Positions 11,762-22,924 of a DNA stretch of 64,000 bases are shown here, piece by piece. The stretch is taken from contig OZ059898.1 in assembly GCA_964057225.1 (NCBI GenBank), forward strand, positions 13,950,001 to 14,014,000, in the 5' to 3' direction. The notes beneath the pieces were generated by a model. The model worked only from the letters and a program-made list of their open reading frames with translations, did not search any database and was not told where the DNA came from. Position 1 is the first letter of the stretch. The number at the start of each line of letters is the position of its first letter. The stretch comes from Auanema rhodensis (Eukaryota > Animalia > Nematoda). A program made the translations under genes and the position numbers.

Positions 11762-12091
11762 ATGCCTAACAAAAGTCAGAATACGTCTGCACCAAAAAAG
11801 CAGAACAACTCTAAAGTGAAGTACAGAAAAATGGAAGAAGACATGAAATGTCAACTCTGTTGGAAGAAGGGCCACACCATGGGAAAATGCACAGTCTACA
11901 AGACTGCAGCACAACGCGTCAAGCGTTGCAAGTTGATCAACATGTGCTTGAAGTGTTTGCGGAACCACTTTGGAAAACCGTGTGTGGAGAAGATGAAGAA
12001 AATATGTCATGTGTGCAAAGGAAGCGGACTGGACCACGATCATCCTGGTGTATTATGCAAGCTGCAGTTTGCGGAGGAACTAGCAGAATGA
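11762..12091 (+). CDS. Small basic triple zinc-knuckle (BEL Gag nucleocapsid-like) protein, 109 aa
   Basis: Lys-rich N-terminus, then CQLCWKKGHTMGKC / CLKCLRNHFGKPC / CHVC...HPGVLC. Same layout as the Gag Cys-His array in the element D polyprotein. Confidence 0.75.
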   Translation: MPNKSQNTSAPKKQNNSKVKYRKMEEDMKCQLCWKKGHTMGKCTVYKTAAQRVKRCKLINMCLKCLRNHFGKPCVEKMKKICHVCKGSGLDHDHPGVLCKLQFAEELAE

Positions 12092-12124
12092 AATCAGTTC
12101 TGATTTCTCTCTCCTGGCCCGGAA

Positions 12125-12540
12125 TATCGCGAATGCGATTATCCATCATTCAATCGATGCAATCTCATCACGTTGGCTGATGAGATTCACGGGCACTCTG
12201 TTTTTATACCACCGTCGCGGACGGTCGCTTTTCTCTCTCCTCGTTGCTGTCTTTATCTTATGACTCATCTAGTCTGAACCACCGTTTTATCCTTGTCCTT
12301 TAGTAAGACTATCTCTAGTCTCATTAGTGATGTATATCTAGTCTTATTACATTCACTCTAGTCTTCTATGTATTTTATCTAGTCTTATTATATATCTTCT
12401 AGTCCTTATATTCTGTATTATGTATATCTGAATGGCATATGAATGAATCTTTCTTCCTCTAATAGTATTTTACGTTAACAGGGCATAGAATAGAAAGTGT
12501 GAACCTGGGAGGCTATTTGAAGAGCCCTCTATCTTCAAAA
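12125..12540 (+). repeat. 3' LTR of element A
   Basis: Direct repeat of 4786-5201. Confidence 0.95.
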
Positions 12541-13212
12541 GCATCCATGCTGACCATTACACCACGAACGCTACGATGGCTCTTGAACTATTAGATTAGA
12601 TGAGTTGACACATCTTTGACTTCATTGATAATTACGAATGAAAAGCAGTAACATATTTTTTTCAAACGTTTCACATCAAAAATTCAAAAATGGACAAGCT
12701 CAAGTATTTTCAAAATCTTTGCAACATATTGCAAAACGTCAAACCATTCTTAAAAAATGAATGGTTTGAAGCGTTCGGGGGGAATCGAACCCCCGTCGAA
12801 TGCTTGGAAGGCATCCATGCTGACCATTACACCACGAACGCTACGATGTCTCTTGAACTATTAGATTAGATGAGTTGACACATCTTTGACTTCATTGATA
12901 ATTACGAATGAAAAGCAGTAACATATTTTTTTCAAACGTTTCACATCAAAAAATCAAAAATGGACAAGCTCAAGTATTTTCAAAATCTTTGCAACATATT
13001 GCAATCAAATCGTTCAGAAAAAATGAAAAATGTATGCGTTCGGGGGGAATCGAACCCCCGTCGAATGCTTGGAAGGCATCCATGCTGACCATTACACCAC
13101 GAACGCTACAATAGGTTGTGAACTATTAGATTAGATGAGTTGACACATCTTTGACTTCATATATAATTACGAATGAAAAGCAGTAACATATTTTTTTCAA
13201 ACGTTTCACATC
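12541..13212 (-). repeat. tRNA-Gly(TCC) array, segment 2
   Basis: Array resumes at the TSD; about 2.5 units. Confidence 0.96.
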
Positions 13213-13557
13213 CGTTCCATTCGGACTCCCCATATATGTAGCTGAAGGGTTAGAGCCAGACGACCAGAGGACCGAGGAATGGCTCCGCCTTCCCTCGTTC
13301 CCTTGGTCGGGAGTTCGCCTCTTAGCAAGCTCATGGACGGCTTGTAGTTTAGTCTTTATACTTATATTTATCTTATTGTATTGTATCTTTATCTTTGTAT
13401 ATTATTGTTGTAGTTTCATGCCAATAAATCTTTCTCTCTTTTATCTTATGATTGACCTTATGCTCTTTATTCCTTACCGCTACACCAAGGAATACTATGC
13501 GCGTCATAGTATAAACTACAATGGTTTATATTATCGACGCAGGAGCATAACGGAACG
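13213..13557 (+). repeat. 5' LTR of element B1
   Basis: Repeated at 16432, 35420 and 38635. Confidence 0.93.
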
Positions 13558-13570
13558 TGGAGGTTCCACC
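13558..13570 (+). promoter_or_regulatory. Primer binding site complementary to the tRNA-Gln 3' end
   Basis: TGGAGGTTCCACC is the reverse complement of GGTGGAACCT-CCA, the metazoan tRNA-Gln 3' end. Confidence 0.85.
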
Positions 13571-14545
13571 TCGAACTCATCTTTTGAAAAAAAAAAAAAT
13601 TTTTTTATTGTAAAAGTCCATTTTTGCATTCTAAATTATAAATTCCTCCACTTGAAACAACAAAATGAAGGCGCCAATTTGTTTTAAGGTACAGATACAA
13701 GGGATCTCGCTTAAATGCGAGATAGGACCAATAAAAATTTTTGCCCACCGTCCTCAATTTAAAACCGTCTGAATGTCCACCCTTTTCTATATCGTATCTT
13801 GTACCGCTTCTCATGCCATTTTGAGGACGTTTGGATTGAAATAGAGGACAATTTCGCCAAACGAGAAATTATAATTGTTCACATTTTTTTTTTGGGCATA
13901 GAGAAGTTTGATTATTGGAACAAAAAGTTATAAGACGCGCGCAATTGATTATAGTTTGTATATTTTGTGGTCAGGACTAGAATTTTGAAAAATTATTATA
14001 TTCAGACGTAAAAGATCATTTTACATATTATTTTGCGGGAAACCAAAAACGGTTACATAAATTGAATATAAAAAGAGACCACACTAGTCCGAAAAAGCCT
14101 GGTAAATCTGCAATAAGACTTCTCAGCTCTTATTTGACAGTCAGGTCAAGTTGGCGGAAGCATAACTGCTACGGATTTTATCCCCGTAGATTATGTCACC
14201 TTCCTCAAATCATTTCGTTGTTTCAACTCATAAGATACCCCTTATTTCCTACAGTAATCCTAAGTAAATTGGAAATGTTTAAAAATAGACGTATTTTTCT
14301 CATTTTTTAAAAGAAATTCGCTTAGGAAAACGCACTTTTGCTTATTTTGATCAAGAAAAAGGACAGCCTTTTCAATAACTCTCCTCAAACCTCATTAGCA
14401 TGCACAATGTCGAAAACATTTTGAGCAAAACATGCTATTTAAGGGAAAAGGAATGAGGAAAAGATTGCAAACATAAGTCCATTTTCTTGACGAAAACAGA
14501 GCAAAGTGCACAAAAATAAAAACACAGAGTACAAACTTTATTCAG

Positions 14546-15090
14546 TCAATACCCATATTTGATTTGCAACCGAGTTCGAAACTCAGAGGCAAGAAACATA
14601 GGAGTTTCGCTCGCAATTAAATCTTCACTATATTCTAAACCTCGCGAAACCCTAAGTTCCAAACCAAATAATGAGTCATCATAAACAATATAGATTTTAA
14701 ACAATAATCTATATAATAAATAATAATAAAAATGACTCTTTTCCTGGTACCAGGCCCAAGGACGTGCGGTTAATAAACCGGCCCTACCATTATATACATG
14801 AGCGCATAGATCAACTAAGCACCTTCGACCAACAAGCTCCACTTCGGGAGCTACATCTACGAAGGTGGCAAAGTTTATATGGCCCTGCCCCAAATAATAC
14901 ATTTGGTGATCTTCGATAAACTAAAGTAATCAAATAATCAAACATAAAATGGAGATACACAAACCAATAAAATTATATCAAGATTTGGCCTATAAGCCAA
15001 AACTCCTTCTCCATCGTACTCAACGATGGATTCGTATAATTTCCACAGGACATAAGTCATGCCAGTGGGATTATAACGTTGGAAATCCAT
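14546..15090 (-). CDS. Predicted two-exon antisense ORF (~166 aa, unknown function) in element B1
   Basis: AAAAATG start at 15090. Exon 15090-14965 (MDFQRYNPTG...LDIILL), 44-nt GTTTGT...TTTAG intron (14964-14921), in-frame exon 14920-14546 (FIEDHQMYYLGQGH...QIKYGY*). Confidence 0.45.
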
Positions 15091-16431
15091 TTTTTTTTTC
15101 TTTCTTTCTTTTCTTTTCTTTTGTTTCTAACCTTAAAATAAATGTCCAAAGGCCGCAAAAGTACAAAGGGGATGACATGAATAAAGTTTTTTTTAAAGAT
15201 TCTAGAGCAGTAAGAAAACAAAATTAGAGGAAAGTGCAAGAGCGGATAAAAATAGTTTTTGCGAAGAGATAAACATCATTAACTATAATAAGCTTACGGT
15301 AGATAGGCGGAGTCAGATTCCTGGCCAGGATTTGAAAAACTCCCTCTCATTTACCCTCCGCATCGCCCAGCAAAGCATGACTATCCTATTGCTCCCGAAT
15401 CTTTCTCTCTCCCAACACACATCTAAAAGAATCTTACGCACCTTACGTCAACATCCCACACGTAGCTCACCATTCTCGGTTTTTCCAAACCAAGAGTCCT
15501 ATAAAGGTGGCCAAAAGATTCTCATCGGTTTTCCGAGCCCTTTACTCGTCCGATACCAACAGTGACGCTACTGTCGCAAGTCGTCGCAGAAGCCGTACCC
15601 GACTTCTTAGTGTTCAAATAGAAAAACCGCACCAACCAGCCGAGAAGCCGAAGCCGCAAGTCGACCAGTTTTATACTCCCCGAGAAGGAACATATTCACC
15701 TTCTGACGACACCTACGAAGATCCGGACTTCATCAAAGCCGACGACAGAAAAAATTTTTATATACATTCTTTTCTTTTCTGTAAATTGTAAAAGGAAAGT
15801 AACGGTGAATTAGAAAACTTTTTGATGAGAGATTAAGTGAGTAAACAACCAAAAATAAGGAATAAGTGAAAATATAATAGAAATAAATGGCTACCGTAAT
15901 CCTATACGACCGATAGAGATAAAATTTTGCGCTAAACTGAGCTCCATATGTATCTCCAGGAAGAGACGAACATTGGCAGGCGCCTAAGCCACACCCCATC
16001 TGAGTGGTAGCCTCCATTAGTACTCAACGATTCATTCAGAGAGACATATGGAGACGAGTAAATTATTAACTAAAATTATCCCCATCATCATTAGGATACG
16101 AGTAACCATGTAACCGAAATGTTTAATAATTCCTTAGTGTCTCACATAAATCACACATTCATGAAACAAAGAATTTTTTTTTATTACAGTACTACAATGA
16201 CTAAATTTATTTTCTAATCCTCCGTTACAAAATAACATAAAACCTATTATTGTATTCAAATTCTATCTTAATACCATAAAGAAACCTATTAAAACTATTT
16301 ATATATCTTTCTACATGTAGATTTTAAAACTTTTAAATTTATTTGTAAACTCCTAGACTCTAAAACTCAGCTACATATACACTAAAAACTCTTTATATCG
16401 CGCGGACGCGAAAAATCTTTGAAAAAGGGCA

Positions 16432-16771
16432 CGTTCCATTCGGACTCCCCATATATGTAGCTGAAGGGTTAGAGCCAGACCACCAGAGGACCGAGGAATG
16501 GCTCCGCCTTCCCTCGTTCCCTTGGTCGGGAGTTCGCCTCTTAGCAAGCTCATGGACGGCTTGTAGTTTAGTCTTTATACTTATATTTATCTTATTGTAT
16601 TGTATCTTTATCTTTGTATATTATTGTTGTAGTTTCATGCCAATAAATCTTTCTCTCTTTTATCTTATGATTGACCTTATGCTCTTTATTCCTTACCGCT
16701 ACACCAAAGAATACTATGCGCGTCATAGTATAAACTACAATGGTTTATATTATCGACGCAGGAGCATAACG
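16432..16771 (+). repeat. 3' LTR of element B1 (truncated by 5 bp)
   Basis: Direct repeat of 13213-13552. Confidence 0.93.
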
Positions 16772-19700
16772 TTCCACATCGAAAATTCAAAAATGGACAA
16801 GCTCAAGTATTCTTAAAAAATGAAAAATGTATGCGTTCGGGGGGAATCGAACCCCCGTCGAATGCTTGGAAGGCATCCATGCTGACCATTACACCACGAA
16901 CGCTACGATGGCTCTTGAACTATTTGATTAGATGAGTTGACACATCTTTGACTTCATTGATAATTACGAATGAAAAGCAGTAACATATTTTTTTCAAACG
17001 TTCCACATCGAAAATTCAAAAATGGACAAGCTCAAGTATTTTCAAAATCTTTGCAACATATTGCAATCAAATCGTTCACAAAAAATGAAAAATGTATGCG
17101 TTCGGGGGGAATCGAACCCCCGTCGAATGCTTGGAAGGCATCCATGCTGACCATTACACCACGAACGCTACAATAGGTTGTGAACTATTAGATTAGATGA
17201 GTTGACACATCTTTGACTTCATATATAATTACGAATGAAAAGCAGTAACATATTTTTTTCAAACGTTTCACATCAAAAATTCAAAAATGGACAAGCTCAA
17301 GTATTTTCAAAATCTTTGCAACATATTGCAAAACGTCAAACCATTCTTAAAAAATGGAAAATGTATGCGTTCGGGGGGAATCGAACCCCCGTCGAATGCT
17401 TGGAAGGCATCCATGCTGACCATTACACCACGAACGCTACGATGGCTCTTGAACTATTAGATTAGATGAGTTGACACATCTTTGACTTCATTGATAATTA
17501 CGAATGAAAAGCAGAAACATATTTTTTCAACGTTTCACATCAAAAAATCAAAAATGGACAAGCTCAAGTATTTTCAAAATCTTTGCAACATATTGCAAAA
17601 CGTCAAACCATTCTTAAAAAATGAAAAATGTATGCGTTCGGGGGGAATCGAACCCCCGTCGAATGCTTGGAAGGCATCCATGCTGACCATTACACCACGA
17701 ACGCTACGATGGCTCTTGAACTATTTGATTAGATGAGTTGACACATCTTTGACTTCATTGATAATTACGAATGAAAAGCAGTAACATATTTTTTTCAAAC
17801 GTTTCACATCAAAAATTCAAAAATGGACAAGCTCAAGTATTTTCAAAATCTTTGCAACATATTGCAAAACGTCAAATCATTCAGCAAAAATGAAAAATGT
17901 ATGCGTTCGGGGGGAATCGAACCCCCGTCGAATGCTTGGAAGGCATCCATGCTGACCATTACACCACGAACGCTACAATAGGTTGCGAACTATTAGATTA
18001 GATGAGTTGACACATCTTTGACTTCATTGATAATTACGAATGAAAAGCAGTAACATATTTTTTTCAAACGTTTCACATCGAAAATTCAAAAATGGACAAG
18101 CTCAAGTACTTTCAAAATCTTTGCAACATATTGCAATCAAATCATTCACAAAAAATGAAAAATGTGTGCGTTCGGGGGGAATCGAACCCCCGTCGAATGC
18201 TTGGAAGGCATCCATGCTGACCATTACACCACGAACGCTACAATAGGTTGTGAACTATTAGATTAGATGAGTTGACACATCTTTGACTTCATTGATAATT
18301 ACGAATGAAAAGCAGTAACATATTTTTTTCAAACGTTTCACATCAAAAAATCAAAAATGGACAAGCTCAAGTATTTTCAAAATCTTTGCAACATATTGCA
18401 ATCAAATCATTCACAAAAAATGAAAAATGTATGCGTTCGGGGGGAATCGAACCCCCGTCGAATGCTTGGAAGGCATCCATGCTGACCATTACACCACGAA
18501 CGCTACGATGGCTCTTGAACTATTTGATTAGATGAGTTGACACATCTTTGACTTCATTGATAATTACGAATGAAAAGCAGAAACATATTTTTTTCAAACG
18601 TTTCACATCAAAAATTCAAAAATGGACAAGCTCAAGTATTTTCAAAATCTTTGCAACATATTGCAATCAAATCGTTCACAAAAAATGAAAAATGTATGCG
18701 TTCGGGGGGAATCGAACCCCCGTCGAATGCTTGGAAGGCATCCATGCTGACCATTACACCACGAACGCTACGATGGCTCTTGAACTATTTGATTAGATGA
18801 GTTGACACATCTTTGACTTCATTGATAATTACGAATGAAAAGCAGTAACATATTTTTTTCAAACGTTTCACATCAAAAATTCAAAAATGGACAAGCTCAA
18901 GTATTTTCAAAATCTTTGCAACATATTGCAAAACGTCAAATCATTCAGCAAAAATGAAAAATGTATGCGTTCGGGGGGAATCGAACCCCCGTCGAATGCT
19001 TGGAAGGCATCCATGCTGACCATTACACCACGAACGCTACAATAGGTTGCGAACTATTAGATTAGATGAGTTGACACATCTTTGACTTCATTGATAATTA
19101 CGAATGAAAAGCAGTAACATATTTTTTTCAAACGTTTCACATCGAAAATTCAAAAATGGACAAGCTCAAGTACTTTCAAAATCTTTGCAACATATTGCAA
19201 TCAAATCATTCACAAAAAATGAAAAATGTATGCGTTCGGGGGGAATCGAACCCCCGTCGAATGCTTGGAAGGCATCCATGCTGACCATTACACCACGAAC
19301 GCTACGATGGCTCTTGAACTATTTGATTAGATGAGTTGACACATCTTTGACTTCATATATAATTACAGAATGAAAAGCAGAAACATATTTTTTTCAAACG
19401 TTTCACATCAAAAATTCAAAAATGGACAAGCTCAAGTATTTTCAAAATCTTTGCAACATATTGCAATCAAATCATTCACAAAAAATGAAAAATGTATGCG
19501 TTCGGGGGGAATCGAACCCCCGTCGAATGCTTGGAAGGCATCCATGCTGACCATTACACCACGAACGCTACGATGGCTCTTGAACTATTTGATTAGATGA
19601 GTTGACACATCTTTGACTTCATTGATAATTACGAATGAAAAGCAGTAACATATTTTTTTCAAACGTTCCACATCGAAAATTCAAAAATGGACAAGCTCAA

Positions 19701-22194
19701 GTACTTTCAAAATCTTTGCAACATATTGCAAAACGTCAAACCATTCTTAAAAAATGAAAAATGTATGCGTTCGGGGGAATCGAACCCCCGTCGAATGCTT
19801 GGAAGGCATCCATGCTGACCATTACACCACGAACGCTACAATAGGTTGTGAACTATTAGATTAGATGAGTTGACACATCTTTGACTTCATTGATAATTAC
19901 GAATGAAAAGCAGTAACATATTTTTTTCAAACGTTTCACATCAAAAATTCAAAAATGGACAAGCTCAAGTATTTTCAAAATCTTTGCAACATATTGCAAT
20001 CAAATCATTCACAAAAAATGAAAATGTATGCGTTCGGGGGGAATCGAACCCCCGTCGAATGCTTGGAAGGCATCCATGCTGACCATTACACCACGAACGC
20101 TACGATGGCTCTTGAACTATTTGATTAGATGAGTTGACACATCTTTGACTTCATTGATAATTACGAATGAAAAGCAGTAACATATTTTTTTCAAACGTTC
20201 CACATCGAAAATTCAAAAATGGACAAGCTCAAGTACTTTCAAAATCTTTGCAACATATTGCAAAACGTCAAACCATTCTTAAAAAATGAAAAATGTATGC
20301 GTTCGGGGGGAATCGAACCCCCGTCGAATGCTTGGAAGGCATCCATGCTGACCATTACACCACGAACGCTACAATAGGTTGTGAACTATTAGATTAGATG
20401 AGTTGACACATCTTTGACTTCATTGATAATTACGAATGAAAAGCAGTAACATATTTTTTTCAAACGTTTCACATCAAAAATTCAAAAATGGACAAGCTCA
20501 AGTATTTTCAAAATCTTTGCAACATATTGCAATCAAATCATTCACAAAAAATGAAAAATGTATGCGTTCGGGGGGAATCGAACCCCCGTCGAATGCTTGG
20601 AAGGCATCCATGCTGACCATTACACCACGAACGCTACGATGGCTCTTGAACTATTAGATTAGATGAGTTGACACATCTTTGACTTCATTGATAATTACGA
20701 ATGAAAAGCAGTAACATATTTTTTTCAAACGTTTCACATCAAAAATTCAAAAATGGACAAGCTCAAGTATTTTCAAAATCTTTGCAACATATTGCAATCA
20801 AATCGTTCAGAAAAAATGAAAAATGTGTGCGTTCGGGGGGAATCGAACCCCCGTCGAATGCTTGGAAGGCATCCATGCTGACCATTACACCACGAACGCT
20901 ACAATAGGTTGTGAACTATTAGATTAGATGAGTTGACACATCTTTGACTTCATTGATAATTACGAATGAAAAGCAGTAACATATTTTTTTCAAACGTTTC
21001 ACATCAAAAATTCAAAAATGGACAAGCTCAAGTATTTTCAAACTCTTTGCAACATATTGCAATCAAGTCATTCACAAAAAATGAAAAATGTATGCGTTCG
21101 GGGGGAATCGAACCCCCGTCGAATGCTTGGAAGGCATCCATGCTGACCATTACACCACGAACGCTACGATGGCTCTTGAACTATTAGATTAGATGAGTTG
21201 ACACATCTTTGACTTCATTGATAATTACGAATGAAAAGCAGTAACATATTTTTTTCAAACGTTTCACATCAAAAAATCAAAAATGGACAAGCTCAAGTAT
21301 TTTCAAAATCTTTGCAACATATTGCAATCAAATCGTTCAGAAAAAATGAAAAATGTGTGCGTTCGGGGGGAATCGAACCCCCGTCGAATGCTTGGAAGGC
21401 ATCCATGCTGACCATTACACCACGAACGCTACAATAGGTTGTGAACTATTAGATTAGATGAGTTGACACATCTTTGACTTCATTGATAATTACGAATGAT
21501 AAGCAGTAACATATTTTTTTCAAACGTTCCACATCGAAAATTCAAAAATGGACAAGCTCAAGTACTTTCAAAATCTTTGCAACATATTGCAAAACGTCAA
21601 ACCATTCTTAAAAAATGAAAAATGTATGCGTTCGGGGGGAATCGAACCCCCGTCGAATGCTTGGAAGGCATCCATGCTGACCATTACACCACGAACGCTA
21701 CGATGGCTCTTGAACTATTTGATTAGATGAGTTGACACATCTTTGACTTCATTGATAATTACGAATGAAAAGCAGTAACATATTTTTTTCAAACGTTTCA
21801 CATCAAAAATTCAAAAATGGACAAGCTCAAGTATTTTCAAAATCTTTGCAACATATTGCAATCAAATCATTCACAAAAAATGAAAAATGTATGCGTTCGG
21901 GGGGAATCGAACCCCCGTCGAATGCTTGGAAGGCATCCATGCTGACCATTACACCACGAACGCTACGATGGCTCTTGAACTATTTGATTAGATGAGTTGA
22001 CACATCTTTGACTTCATTGATAATTACGAATGAAAAGCAGTAACATATTTTTTTCAAACGTTCCACATCGAAAATTCAAAAATGGACAAGCTCAAGTACT
22101 TTCAAAATCTTTGCAACATATTGCAAAACGTCAAACCATTCTTAAAAAATGAAAAATGTATGCGTTCGGGGGGAATCGAACCCCCGTCGAATGC
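16772..22194 (-). repeat. tRNA-Gly(TCC) array, segment 3 (~20 units)
   Basis: Tandem units; the first has a 40-bp spacer deletion. Confidence 0.98.
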
Positions 22195-22373
22195 GGTAAA
22201 CTGACAAGTTTACCAAACTTTAGGTTTACCAAACTAGGTTTACCATGCAATAGACAAGTTTACCATAGTTATATGGTATACCAGGTTTACCAGGTTTACC
22301 AAAGTATACCTAATATTAATTTATGAACACTTTACAAGGTTACCAAGTTTACCAAATTTATCAAGTATACCAA
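22195..22373 (+). repeat. Left TIR of MULE C1
   Basis: Inverted copy of 26207-26385 with few mismatches. Confidence 0.93.
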
Positions 22374-22924
22374 AATAGATTAAAAAGAGTTTTGAGTATT
22401 TTGAAGAAGTTTCCAGGTATAACAAACAAATACGATAAAGATATGAAAATGTAAGCTTTTTTTGAAATGATTGATGAGTAATTTTAAAAATATAAGTTTT
22501 AAAAAGATATAGTAAGAAAAGTCAAAATCTAAATCATCCTAATCTCAAAATTCTTGTAAACTGAAATAGAATCTATTATCAAAGAACCTTAATTCATATG
22601 AAATTTCTAAAATGTTTGAAGTAGACTAATATAGAACAATTAAATAAAAATAAATATTAATTTTTGACAAGATTGTCTTATAAGTGTTAAAAATATTGTT
22701 CATATTTAAGAAAAATGTAACATAAGTTCATTATAACGCGTGTTGAACCCTCCGGTATACCATATTAATGACACCTACCATCAATTGAATGACAATTGAG
22801 CGTCATATATAGTTCATAAAAAAAGCAAAAATTGTGAACATCATCTAGAACATGAAAAATAATTTGATTTTATCAAACCAATTTTAAACTTCAAGTTTAA
22901 CGCAACCTTCTCAATCTTTCAATC

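Larger units (their letters stand above)
4786..12540 (+). mobile_element. Element A: non-autonomous BEL/Pao (Belpaoviridae) LTR element with env and no pol
   Basis: 416-bp direct repeats at 4786-5201 and 12125-12540. 5-bp TSD GCATC (4781-4785, 12541-12545) inside a tRNA gene. PBS TGGTGCATCG; GGCCCGGAA before the 3' LTR. ORF with DUF5641-like and phlebovirus-G-like regions. Confidence 0.93.
13213..16771 (+). mobile_element. Element B copy 1: non-autonomous LTR element (no gag/pol; LARD/TRIM-like, possibly Ty3/gypsy-derived)
   Basis: ~345-bp LTRs at 13213-13557 and 16432-16771 with terminal inverted repeat CGTTCC...GGAACG. PBS TGGAGGTTCCACC (tRNA-Gln). Purine tract GAAAAAGGG before the 3' LTR. 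The 3' LTR lacks its last 5 bp. Confidence 0.88.

Noticed and set aside
15507-15791. 94-aa plus-strand ORF in element B and other short B ORFs
   Set aside because: GTG start, low complexity and no recognisable gag/pol motif. Conservation between copies only reflects recent duplication.
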